Shown here: piece by piece, positions 23,601 through 36,062 of the stretch | How the letters are laid out: each line of letters opens with the position of its first letter | Position numbering within the stretch: the stretch's first letter is position 1 | Assembly: GCF_964188315.1 (NCBI RefSeq) | Contig: NC_135660.1 | Location: 79,670,001 to 79,734,000, forward strand | From: Podarcis muralis | Lineage: Eukaryota | Length of the DNA stretch: 64,000 nt | Reading direction: 5' to 3' | Notes under the pieces: model-generated | What the model was told of the DNA's origin: nothing | What the model saw: only the letters and a program-made list of their open reading frames with translations | Databases searched by the model: none | Made by a program: the position numbers and the translations under genes

Positions 23601-23676
23601 ATAAAGTGAGATGAGCACCGCAACCCCAGAGTCGTTCACGACTGGACCTAATGGTCAGGGGTCCCTTTACCTTTAC
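23601..23676 (+). mobile_element. Sauria SINE 3' fragment
   Basis: gagatgagcaccgcaaccccagagtcg..ggggtccctttacctttac. Confidence 0.85.
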
Positions 23677-24855
23677 ATGACTGAATCCTCTTCGCTACAG
23701 AGAGTTCCACACACACAGCCAAAAAAGGTCCTCAGTAGTTTTCTCTCACACACCAGGAATTTGTGTATAGGAATCTTTTTTTCTCAGGGGCAAATTCTAT
23801 CACACACTTGCAGTCTAGTTTGGTTTGGTCTGACTCAGGTTTTGCCACCTCATAACTGGGCCATTGTTATCCTAAGCTAAAGTGGAAACAAGATCTTACA
23901 GCGGGGGTCACAGGTTTCAAGTTCTGCAAGGCAAATACTTAAAACATAGATTAGGATCTTCAGATTTCCCAGGCTTATTTGCCACAGTTAGGGTCAAACT
24001 AGATGGCATGTTATCCAGTGCTTTATTGCTTGTATGAATGGTTTTTTAAAATAATAAATAGCAAGAGAAGGGTAAACCTGACTTCACCTGTGGTATAGTT
24101 TTCAATTCGTGCAAAGAACACATTGCTATTTACTCCCACTGCCCCACCCCAAATCAGAGTGAACATGAGGGGGTTTTTTTGCGGGGGGGGGGGGGAGTAG
24201 CAGAAATGTGGCAGCAGGTCCTAGCATGTATTACAATGCTCAGGGGACATTAGTCCTCTTCAGGTAATTAGTGTCAAATGTGTGCAGGAGAAAGTGAGCC
24301 ACTGGTCTTTCTCCGTTGCCCTCCATTACTGGAAGACTGCAGTGGTCGAGCCTGCTCTCACACAGTATTGACATACTAGCAAGCCATTCAATGGTCGGGT
24401 ACACACCATGTATATAAAGCACATAACTTGTCCCAAAAACTCATGGGAACTGCAGTTTATTAAGGGGTGCTGGGAACTGTAGCTCTTTGAAGGTTAACTA
24501 AAGTTTCCAGGATTCTTTGGGTGAAATCATGTGCTCGAAAAGTCCACTGTGTATGCAGCCAATGCCTGTTAGCAGGAAGCACTCTCTGATCCCTGCTAGC
24601 AAGAAGTAAAAACCTGCTTGCTCTTTCCATTGCAACAGCTTCATTACAGAGGTGGAGATGTATGTGTATAACAAACTAGGTCAGCAGTTGCAAAACCAGT
24701 TAATCATCAGTTTCATTCCTGGAAATGGTTTGGAGTGGTTTCCCCCACAAAATCGAAAGTTTGCTAGATGTTCACCATAGGCGAGGGCAATTGACCTGTG
24801 ACCCTCCAGGAGTTGCTGGACTTCAGTTCCCATGCTCCCTGATCATTGGCTATGC

Positions 24856-25579
24856 TGTTTGGGGATGATGAGAGCTGGAGTCCACCTACCTGGCAGGACA
24901 ACAGGGAGGAGGAAGGGGCTCCTGCTGAGGGGTGTAGCTGGGACTGGGACACATTGGGGCAAGCAGGGGATGGGGATGGAGAGGTTGGTGTAAGAAGTAC
25001 TTACAGGGTGATGGAGGATGACAAGGGGGTGAGGGTCAGTGCACAGGAACCAAAGCAGCAGGACCCATCACCAGAGCCAGAGGGTCCCCTGTCTCCATGA
25101 ACTCAGCGAGCTCTGAGACGTTGGGAACAGTGGGAGATGTGCTCTAGGAGGCTGAGGCAGGCAAGGGCCCACAGCCCAGTTCCCAAGCTGGCCAGGTGGG
25201 CCTCGCTAGCTCTGGGAGAATGTGTGTGATTCCTCTGCTGGAGTAGGCTTAGAACAGGTGAGGGTCATATTGCTCATCAAGCCCAGGTGCTGCAATCAGT
25301 AGGCAAGGCACCAAAGGTAAGCAGAACTGAGGTGCTGTGTCTGCACATATTGAAGGACCTCAGCATGGATGTTCCAGGATTTCCACAGGACTGTGTTTTG
25401 GGTTTGACTCTGGACTGTACCCTGATTGCTGGACTTTAGACTTGGCTACTTGGATGGACCCTGAACCTCATTTCCTGACCTTCAGACTTTGGACTTCACC
25501 TGTTTGGATTGACCCTTGGACTTTGAGCTTTGGACGTGGCACAGTGACTTGCCTCCAGGTAGGCCAGGGGTTCAGGACA
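24856..25579. mobile_element. Possible solo LTR
   Basis: ~720-bp GC-richer block starting TG and ending ..tcaggaca, with an LTR-like ggact-rich end; no convincing TSD. Confidence 0.45.
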
Positions 25580-27423
25580 CCCCACGGGTGACTGACTGCC
25601 CCTTTAGTATATTGGGGGGGGGGGATTTGAGAAGCACCGATTTGGATTATTTTATCCCTGCACAAGAGTAAAAGAAATGGATACCTATGAGGACAACTCT
25701 AGCTATGTTACAATCAAGGTGGCAGAGTCAAGCAGAAATCTTGATAGGTTTGAATTTCAAACCTTAACCGATGGGATTAATAGGCAGGTCACTCTAGTCT
25801 CTTTATTGCCCAATGTTTGACGTGATATTTATCCATGTGGGAAAGGTCGGCTAATCTGATGATACATGTGTGTTAAACTGCTCACCCTGTTCCTGTAAAT
25901 AAGGAAATTAGTTTTTTAAAGGCCACTGTGAAGTGGGTTGGAGTATATTCTGGGAAATCAAGAGTTCTGACATCTGCCAACGCCAGCAGCTTAGTTGATT
26001 CAGATAAAGTATTTATGTACACGAGAACAGAAGGTGTGTGACCCTTATGGGAAATCCATCTAGGGTGGCAAGCCAGATTTTGCCGAGTGTTTACCAACTG
26101 GGGCTTGTATAATAGCAATGCCCTGTTAGTCCTCAGGATATAGCAACCAGAGTTTATATGGCTTCAATTATGGCATGACATGGCTAATACCAACTGCTGG
26201 GCCTATTTATGTGTGAATTTAGCTACCTCAGGCTTCCTCAAACTCGGCCCTTCAGATGTTTTTGGCCTACAACTCCCATGATTCCTAACTAGCAGGACCA
26301 GGGGGAAGGGATGATGGGAATTGTAGTCTCAAAACATCTGTAGGACCGCGTTTGAGGAAGCCTGAGCTATCTCCAGGCTTTCATTTGAACAGGTGAAGTC
26401 TCAAACTGCATAGGGGAGAACAGGCACACAGCCCCCCCTACATCCCAGTTTATATCATCACCCCCCCCCAAAAAAAAATTGGATCTCCAGCTGTTTTAGG
26501 GCTACAATTCCCACCATCCCTGACCACTATTCTTGCTAGCTAGGGATGATGGGAGTTGTAGTCTAAAACAGCTGGAGACCCAAGTTTGGGAAACACTGGT
26601 TTATACTATTAGTAGCAAAATGGCTCCCATCATGCTAGTTGAGGTGGGGGTGAAGGGAAGGTTTACACACTGTGGCATCCCCAGGGACCTTGTCTGTCCC
26701 TGTACAAAGTCACAATGCACTCTGATGTGGGGTCTGTCAGGCCTGGACCATTCAGACTCTAGTGTGTCAGGCATCCACCTTCCATATTGTATGCCACATT
26801 TCCACAGTTCAAACCATGCTCAAGGTGGCTTACAACATTAAAAAAAATCATAAATCTGCAACATAACAACAGTAGTCCTAGACAATAAATAAAGTTAAAA
26901 AGCACACAGCCAAACTAAACCATTTCCACAAAAATCACAAGATCTAAAAGATACCAACAAATTAGCAGCAACAACCCACACCCCAACAAAAACAGTTCCC
27001 AGCCCAAGAATCGGTTCAGCAGCCTCAGCTTCTGCAGCTGGAGTCAGTCCGAACTCCACCTTCCCAGGACAGGTGGAAAAGGCCTACAAGGCAGGGAACA
27101 GATCTTCCAGGACTCATAGCCAAGTTGGTCTCTTCAGGACTTATTCTCATAACAGCCGTGTCCCCCCCGTGACAATTTATTCTTCGCTATGGCAGGGATG
27201 GGAAACCTGAGGCCATCCAGATGTTGTTGGACTTCAACTCCCAGCCAGCATGGCCAATACTCAGGGATAATGAGAGTTGGGAGCTCAACAACATTTGGAT
27301 GGCCACTGGTTCCCCATCAAATGCATCCATAGACTCCACTCGGGTTGGGGTTAAAGATGCTCACTGCCTTTGTTGACCCCAGATGTTCAGTGCCAGGTTT
27401 GTTCCTATCTACATAGTGTAGTG

Positions 27424-27558
27424 CAGGCATAGGCAAACTCTGCCCTCCAGATGTTTTGGGACTACAACTCCCATCATCCCTAGCTAACAGACCAGTGGTC
27501 AGGGATGATGGGAACTGTAGTCCCAAAACATCTGGAGGGCAGAGTTTGCCTATGCCTG
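27424..27558. mobile_element. Palindromic hAT (Charlie-like) MITE
   Basis: caggcataggcaaactc../..gagtttgcctatgcctg; exact 8-bp TSD gtgtagtg. Confidence 0.92.
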
Positions 27559-28397
27559 GTGTAGTGCCACCCTTTCATATGAATGGCTCCGTGCTGATCA
27601 CTGGCCCAAGTCATACCATTGCCTAAAGTGGAGCCCATCCCAAGGGCCAGCACCTTTACAGATCTTGTTGCACCATTCAGACACCAGTCCCATTTTTCCA
27701 CTGCTCTTCCCCCACCCTCACTGACCCACCCCAAATTAAGGCTGCTTCCTTCACCCTGCTGAATGCCACTCCTGACACTGATTTTGGCTTCTTGGTCATG
27801 CTAGGTTGTAAGGAAGCGGCTTTTCTAAGAACCGATTGCCAATTGACCTAAATCAGTCAGTGTTAATCCTGACTTGTTTGCTCTCTATATGTATAATGCG
27901 TTTGCAGAGCTGAAGCCAAGATGCTCAACTTCATTTTCCCACCCTCACTCTCATTCATCCAGCAGAGTTATTTATTTTTTGAAACATGATTGCTTTGTTC
28001 CTTGTTATTCCTTTATACTCATGCCAGGTATTGATGCAGACTTCCAGTGTCAGGTTTCAAAATCCTGCTGTAGCTTATTTTGTTGCCTGTTTGGGTGCAT
28101 AACTCAGGAGTAGGGGTAATAAGCTTGGTCAAGCTGGATTTTATAGGAGAGAAATAAAATGAAAACATGTCAGATTTAATCCTTGGGGGTATTGGTAGTT
28201 TTGGCAAGTTCAAACTTAGATACATGATATATCAGTCTGTATAAATAGCAGAGTATCTATACGAAAAGAAGTGTCCCGTATGTATTTAACTGTTTAAGAA
28301 ATTTAGTAAGTGACCACTCACACCACCAGATAGCAAAAGAATAACTATTAGCCAACACTTGGCAAATACTGCCCCCCTCCCCCATATTACAATCTAT

Positions 28398-28540
28398 CTT
28401 GGACCTGGTCCTCACCAACTGATTGACAAAGTGGAAGTACTGGGAGCCATGGGAGGAAGTTTATAATGTCCTCTTGGGTTTTAGAATACAGAACAAGGGA
28501 AGGTTGAGTGTAGTTGGACATGCAATCACAAATGACTTGA
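28398..28540 (+). mobile_element. Old CR1 endonuclease-domain fragment
   Basis: Frameshifted LDLVLTN / LIDKVEVLGAMGG resembles the C-terminus of the CR1 APE domain. Confidence 0.55.
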
Positions 28541-28689
28541 GGGAGGACATCCCAGTGGTGCGTACTACCACTGAGAAGACTCTTTTGTCACCATGCGATA
28601 ACTGTCTGCTGGTCATGAAATGACCACTAGGGTCTCTTTGGAAGATCTTAAAGATTGGATTGTTCTGCACCAGGGTAGGTAAGCTGTTG

Positions 28690-28765
28690 TAATACATGGG
28701 GTCCCTAGGTAGTCTCCCAACCTGGTGTTGATCAAACTCAGACCTGCTTAGCTGCATCATGTTCC
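28690..28765 (-). mobile_element. 5S-rRNA-derived SINE fragment, decayed
   Basis: Minus strand gcagctaagcaggtctgag..ggttgggagactacctaggga resembles 5S AAGCTAAGCAGGGTCGGG..GGATGGGAGACCGCCTGGGAA. Confidence 0.5.
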
Positions 28766-30742
28766 CCCAGGCCATGCCCTGGGCTCAAAGTCTATGGCAT
28801 GGCTCAAGGCCCCACTGTTCTTTCACCAGGGAGTACGGCCAACCTTGAAATACGAACCTCTACTTTCCCTGCGACCCCTCTTTTAACTCTGCCAAAAGTG
28901 ATTTTGGCACAGCAGCAACACAGCAGATTAACAGGGTATTAACTTTGCAGGTTAGTTTGTGAAAAGTCATGATTTATACAACAGTGAAGGAAAAATTACT
29001 AGCTTACCTTCTGCAGATCCACTCCGAGTATGACCTAGCAAAATCTGATTACAGGACCTCCCAGCCCCATATCACTTAAAAGTGGTTTACGGCCTGTTGG
29101 ATCCACCCACTCTCTACCTTCTTGTGGGAATTGCATCTCCTGACCCTACCCCCATGTACAAAATATGTAGCAATGGCTCTCAGATGAAGAAAAGTCCAGA
29201 TGAAGCAAGAACTATCTGGGGAAACTGCCAATATATCATTGCTGACAAGTTGCTATTTGTCAAAGCAAATACCCCCCCCCCCCGTTTTTAAAGCACAGCA
29301 TTACACAACAGTGTTGCAACATAATATGGCTTTCGCTGCTACTAAAAAGACAATTTTCACTTGAGGGAATGTTGGATTCAGAACTAAATCAAACAAACCA
29401 AAGGTATTTCTGTATATCTTTTATTTTAATCTTGCACACTCTTTTGTTAACTTATACAGGGAAACCCAGTTGGAAAGGATGGGACTCAACAGTGCCATCT
29501 GGTGCCATAGTGTTATATCGCATATACAACGCATATAAAACACTTTTTTACCAATCTAGCTGAGTCCTTAGTTTGCAAGTTTTATTCTGCACCCACTACT
29601 TCAATTTTGGTAGAATTTGAGCACAAAGTTGGCAAAAGTCAACTTTCCCTGCATCTGAAGTAGTAAAATAGTTACCACTTCATGGGGTCATTTTAAAAAA
29701 ATTCCTCCATCCTTTCTTTTTAAAAATCCATACAAGTAGAAAACGAGAACATTAGGGAGAAGGCAAAGTGGGTGGTACCTGCTTAGCACAGTTTTTGCAA
29801 TATTGTGAGTCGCATTAGTGCAAATGTATAGATACATTTTTGCCAACTGGTAGTCTCAAGTATCCAGGGACAGTCCCAGATTACAGAAGCTGTCCTGGTT
29901 TCTGATTTGATCCCAGAATATCCTGCTTCTCTTTAGGAGTTCCCTATTTTCATTGGAGTAATGTTGAAAGGTATGTAGTCTTTGAAGGTGTTGGGGAAGG
30001 ATTTCTGTAACAGTGAACACAGTGACACCAGCTCTCCCAGTGCCAGGTTTTCTGCTACTGCCTGTGTGGCTATTTGTGCCACATATTTAAAGTAACAAAA
30101 ATTAAATGAGAAGAAGCAGAGGTGCGCGGCTCTGCGCGTGTAGGACACTGTATTGTACACACCTGCATAAGTTCACATTTGAAATATCCCTGGGGGAAAT
30201 GCAAAAGGAAAATGTTGTTCCATAACAACTGGAACAATAATGAGGGGAAGTTGGTGAAGTACCTGAGATTTCAGAAAGTGAAAGGCCAGGAAATGGTGGA
30301 AATCAATGCCAAAAATGGAGGAGGGACAGAAAGATTTCCCAACTGATTCTGCAGGTTAAGTCACTCCCAGTGTTCAGAGGTCATAAATCAGGTTAGGGAA
30401 AAACAATACTGGAATAAACAAGTGGAAATCGCAGATGGAATGAGCAAGTGGAAATGCACGGGTTTGCTATTGCGTTGTGTGGCTTCAGAGTGAGGAGCAA
30501 GATGGTACCGTAATGAGCAAACAGGCTAGTGTGGGTTGTGTCTCTCGAAATGGATGCCTGAGTTGCGTAAAAAGAGGACTATGTCAAAATACAGACAGAG
30601 TGGAGGAGATGGTTTCTTGCTTTGTACAGGAACTGGGGGCCAGTGGATAGTCCCTATTCTCTAACAGGGTCACATTGGATATTCCCAAATACGATTGGAG
30701 ATCTTGCATATCTTGCAACTGGGCAGAAGTTGGCAGCCAAGA

Positions 30743-31119
30743 TTAAAACTCACACACTATTAACCGTCTTTCTGTGCAGGACTTGTCATTCCACTTGCCA
30801 TCCTGAAATATTTCAATGCAGTCCTCCTTCCCGCCAGCATTGTTTGGCTCTTCGCTTGCCCAGTTGGTGTAATTGACTTCATTGCCGTCCAGGTGGGCAA
30901 ACGTGCCTTCTGACTGCAAGTCGTTCATTCCCAGATAAGCTGCCTTGTTGTGACGAGCAACTATTTGCTGGATGGCTGCGTTCTCCGCAGAATACCTCGG
31001 AGAGGCAAGCAGACCACCGGCCTGGAAGCAGGTAGCTTTGGCTGCCTCAAAGCTGCCTTGGGAGCCGTCGGTTTTGAATAGCTTCTCACCAACACTTCGG
31101 CCATTTGGGAATAAATGAG
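30743..31119 (-). CDS. Gene 3 exon: C-type lectin CRD
   Basis: Acceptor ttcctctag; the frame is open to TAA at 30743; EPN/WND and four Cys are present. Confidence 0.95.
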
Positions 31120-34100
31120 CTAGAGGAATAGAGAATCAGTTACAGCTGCGTTAAGTTTTGGCTTCGTTGAATGGTACTTGATTAGTTATTCCTCCTCCTG
31201 GGCAGTCTGGGAAGGTTGTACAAACGGAAGCTCTAGGTTGAGCTCTAGGTTGGGCAAAAGATTCTATGATCCCTGATCCTTTTAAGAGGATATAGCAGGG
31301 ACTGAACTGGAGGTCTTCTGCAATGAGAAGCAATGAGAAGGTATGGTCTGATCCCTTTACTGGAAAAGGATTAAACACATCCTTCTTCCACACCAACTTG
31401 CATCTTGCAAGTTGAAAGAATCACAGAACTTGATGGAAAATGTATTTTGAGTTTACATTTTAGCTAGCTAATGGGTGGCACTCTCTACCACTTTTGTTGA
31501 TTCATGCTGATGCTTAGTTTATTAAGATGAAGTTTGGGTAGTGTCTTTTAGTTTGAACCTTACGAGTTCACATTGATATTTAAGTAATCTTTAGTGTGGG
31601 GACTTATCAGACTGCACTGTCTCTCTGCTGGTTTGAAATGCCCTTAGGAAATGTAAACAGCTGCTAAATCTGCTGTGACTTTAACTATATAATTATGTAC
31701 AAATATGAATGGGAATCAGGTTTGTCATAAATCATACAATTAATGCTTTGGTCATATGAAGCTTAGCAGTTCTTCCCGTGTCTAATCCCCACGTCCAAAG
31801 TCAGAATCAGGTTTAACTCAAAGCTAGCAAATCAGAACTAACAACCTTATTAGCAATGGAAAGCCAACATAGTTACCATTTTAGACAGTAGGGGCCCTCC
31901 CTCAGCTGGCAGTTCAACTTTCAAATAAAATAAAGTAACACCACAGTGAAGAATTTGTTAGCAGCTGTGTGTTTGTTGTGGCGTGACAGACAGTGCATTC
32001 AACTGCCCAAACCCACCTTCAGGGCTGTTTTAGATACAGTCAGTAGCAGGGCCGGATTTAGGTAAGCTACTGAAGGTAATGGGACCTTTTATATGTTCAG
32101 CTGTCCTTTGTCAACAACAAATTGTCACTCTTTTTTTGTGTTGAATAGATGCTATATGGTAATTTATGGACCTAATAGATATCTAAAGCCATTTGTACAT
32201 AACAAAATATGTATTTTATCAAAGTTCTGTAATTGTTGAACTGAAATACAATTAAGAAGTTTATCTTACATTTTCGAAATGTACATCCAGTTTTTTCTTT
32301 TAATTTTTGGGGGGACCCCCAAGAGAGTAGGGTCCTAAGCTAGAGTTTGTTTAGCTTATAGATAAATCCGGCACTGAGTAGTATCAGCTGAGCTTCCTTC
32401 CTAACAAACTAATCTATACAGAAGGAGATTGTTTTGCCATTTTGGTTGGGGAACCTTCAGACATGCAACCCTGCCCTTGCCACTTGAAGTGGTACAGTCC
32501 TGAGAAAGCTTACAATCTGTTGATTTTATAAATTATCTCTTAGAGCTTTAACTCCAAGAGCCAGAGCAGCTGGATTTAGGCTGCATCATCATATTAAAAT
32601 CAACATGTAGGTCCCTCTGCAGGACACTTGATAGATAACTTCATGCATTTCACAGAAAATGATATCTGATATCCACATTCTCGCCAGTCCGCTCCATTTT
32701 CTCACCATTTTGGTTCCTGAGCATAGCGTTTCTCAGAGCCTCCACTTGTTCTTTCAAACGGGCCACTTCAGATTCCAGTTGCTGAAGTTCTAAATGATGT
32801 AACAATAAAGACAAAATTCTTAATATTGAGATGTAAAGCATATACTGAGAAAAGCATGACAATGAGAGGAACCACCTCTGTGATAAGCCACAAGTGCAAC
32901 GTCAAAAACCTCTGGATTCTCCGCCTCTGCTTCTCAGTTTTTGAAAAAGTACTTTAATAAACACAGCAAGTAATGCAGTTCAGAAGTCAAAGCTGCTGAT
33001 TTAAAAACAAGTCAGTGACCCTCAGTTGTCTAACAAAACTATTTTTGCCTAGATTCAGCTGGACAGGAGAGGAAATTGTTTGGTTCACATTTTCATGCAA
33101 GCCTACCTGATTAACATCTCCAAAACCCACACACTAACCAAAACTGGAATCCTATCAATCAGCTGTCCCAGAGCTGCTGATTGAGGCCACCTCCACTAAA
33201 TAATTTGTTCTCAGTAGGATTCTGGTTTCTCTTTATTCTATTTATTTAGTAAACTTTTCCAAAAACACTAATTGGAGTCAAAATTGAAGCAAAATGGGTA
33301 CAATGGGTGAGTATGATCAGCCTTAAGTCAGCTCAATAAATAGATTCCAGTTTGTTTGTTTTTGTTTGTTTGTTTTTAAAAAGGACTATGGGAATGCAGT
33401 CCCGGCTGCTTTGTGCAAATGCTGCAAATCACCACCACCACCTATTAGGAACTTGGACCCACATATCTTGTTTGAGATGTGATTGTTCTCACCCTGATTG
33501 GGGCGCAGGTAAAGGATTTTGCCAATGTGGTTTCTCTAACAGCACTCTTATGGAAACATGATACTATATCAGGCATAGGCAAACTCGACCCTCCAGATGT
33601 TTTGGGACTACAACTTCCATCATCCTTAGCGAACAGGACCAGTGGTCAAGGATGATGGGAATTGTAGTCCCAAAACATCTGGAGGGCCGAGTTTGCCTAT
33701 GCCTGTACTATATCCACCAAGTATGCTGTTATAGGAATGACATAGATGGAGGCATTTAGGAAGACTTCCTAATAGGTGTAGGATGAACTGCATCAGCAAC
33801 TGAGTACCTATAGAGAGGGGAGTCTTAAACTACTGACATTATTGTTGTATAATGAGCAAAAAAGCCAACCATTATTCCAAACTGACTGGCATAAAGCCTA
33901 TTGTGAGCATTTCTTGGTGACACTTGGGGAAATACAGTGTGGTCAAGTCTTGGAGCCCCTGACCATGGGAATGCTCCTTTTATAGGTTTACAAAATGTGT
34001 ACACTTAGAATTTTTTGAAACTGAAACAACTAGGTGACCCTGGTCTACCTAGGTCTTTGTACTGACAACCCTCTTCTTTCAGTGACGGATGCTCTCTGTG

Positions 34101-36062
34101 GCACAATGGGTCGGTGCGTCTGGCTGTTTACTGGGAAGGTTGGTGGTTTGAGCTACTCAGGGATTGCTGTGGGCAGGATCCCTGTATTGCAGGGGGTTGG
34201 ACTAGATGACCCTTGGGGTCCCTTCCATCTCTACAATTCTATTATGAGTTTATCAGATCAGGCTTTCCAGAGTCAGGTTTTTTGAAGAGTCATCAGGAAG
34301 TGGCATTTCCCCTTTTGGGTTGTTTTTGTTCTTTGGTCATTTGTTACTAGTTGGTTTAAATGTGCCCTCTTGTGGTATAATAGAGACATAACCAAAATAA
34401 ATGTGCAGTTAGTTTAGAAGTGATGGATTTTCTCATCAGTTGTCACAGGGAAACGTCGCCACGAAGTGAGATCGTTCTCTGTAATTATTTGTCAGAATAA
34501 ACGTGCTCCCTCACGGTGCAGATACAGCCACAGAAAAGGCAATGTTTGTTTGCTTTAGGTGAAATTATATCTAGATTTCAGATGGCTGTAACTTTACTAC
34601 TACCTGGTGAAGGAAAGTGAAACCATTGAGATGATGCCTTGTACTTTGCAAATACTCTTACGTGAAAGCAGGTTGCATTCAGTGGTTGTCTCTTCAGTGC
34701 CCAGAATGATTGTCCACCAGAGAAGAAAGATGGCAGATTAGCAGGTAGCTAATCTATGAATAGGCTCCTACCTCTTGCTCCATGGTCTCCCTTTGGTCCT
34801 CTTTCACCTACTAGACCCCGATCTCCTTTATCGCCTTGAGGCCCAGCTTTTCCTGGAGGTCCCTGAATTCCTTGGGGTCCTAGACATCATGGGATTAAAT
34901 GAACATCAAGAAACACCAGGAATAACAGGAAGTAAGAAATACGAATCCATGGTCAAGTTCTACAAGAACATCCGTTGCATGGACAAACATTTAGATCCTG
35001 ATCAAACCTTGAGTGGCTGGACCAATTATGGTGGTGATGTGCTCATACTTTGGCATCAAATACAGAAATACTTGTTTTGAAAAGTTCTGACTAATGGCTA
35101 ATGGCTTATTTTACACTGAGCCACAAAGCTCACCTCAGATTGCCTTATTGTAAGAATCGGCAGCCGTATCCCATCCCATCAGGGCTACCATTGATTCCCT
35201 AGATACCAAACCAAAGCCAAGAGGGGTATCCCCAAAAAGTGACAATTAGGATAGCGTCAGGGGTGGCAGAAATGACAGGGTCCGGTTTGGAGACACACAC
35301 GCAGTGGTAGCATCCCAATGCTGGTCACTTCGCTCCCTCCTCAGAATGTTTCCCAGTCGTGGTCCCTCCCCTCTTGCTCCAATTCTAAGGCGACGTGGGA
35401 GAGTACAAACGCAGGCAGGCAATGATCTGGAATTTAAAATGGCCGACTGCGCTGCAGAGCTCCACCAGGCAATGGGCCTTTTAAAGCAGTGCTGCCTAGT
35501 TGGGCAGGGCAGGGGCCAATGTCCAGATGGCCAGCAAGTTTCTGCCCTGGCGAAGCAGCCGCTGGCTGGGCTGCCACGGTCTTCAACTCTGATGGGTATC
35601 TGCCCCCATTCCCAGGGCATAGGGGCTGGTCAGTGTGTGCGGTGGGGTAAAGAGGCTGGAGTGCAAGGGGCCATAAACGTCGCCCCAGGGAAGGCAATGA
35701 GCAGCCATTGCTGACCAAGGTCCTTACTACAAAACAGTCCTCTTTTTAGGATTGAAGTTGTTGAGCATTTTTTAGGATTTTACCCTAGGAAATAAATTGC
35801 CACAGGGGCCGGATTAAACTGACCGGCGGGCCAGATTAGGCCCCCAAAACAGACTTTGGACATGCCTGCACTAAGCCCACCCCTGACAAGTCTTTGTAAC
35901 TTTACCTTGATCACCCTTCTCTCCTGCGGGACCCGGCAATCCATTGCTCCCAGGCATTCCAAGAATGAAAGGGCACGTGTTGTCCTTGCCTGCAGTGGGG
36001 ATTGTGCTTTGTGAGAATGCCACCGGCAAGATAAGGAAGCCAAAAGTCCAAAGGAATCCCAT
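30743..36062 (-). CDS. Collectin gene 3: short-collagen collectin with SP-D-like CRD and MASP-type motif, 4 coding exons, predicted 241 aa
   Basis: Exons 35906-36062 (157 nt), 34772-34879 (108 nt collagen), 32706-32789 (84 nt neck) and 30743-31119 (377 nt [30 protein letters not shown]). The sum of 726 nt is an open frame. Confidence 0.9.
32047..32376. mobile_element. hAT-like MITE
   Basis: TIR cagggccggattt/aaatccggcactg; no clear TSD. Confidence 0.7.
32706..32789 (-). CDS. Gene 3 exon: 84-nt neck
   Basis: catttag/AA..AATG/gtgaga; encodes [28 protein letters not shown]. Confidence 0.92.
33570..33705. mobile_element. Palindromic hAT MITE
   Basis: Same family as 27424; exact TSD tactatat. 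Confidence 0.92.
34772..34879 (-). CDS. Gene 3 exon: 108-nt collagen exon
   Basis: gtctag/GA..AGAG/gtagga; encodes [36 protein letters not shown]. Confidence 0.92.
35906..36062 (-). CDS. Gene 3 exon: signal peptide + single Cys + collagen start
   Basis: tttctag/GC ATG; [43 protein letters not shown]; donor CAAG/gtaaag. Confidence 0.85.

Noticed and set aside
33003-33020. 18-nt inverted match (aaaaacaagtcagtgacc) to the SFTPD neck exon
   Set aside because: A single 18-mer match within 64 kb is not improbable enough, and there is no extension on either side.
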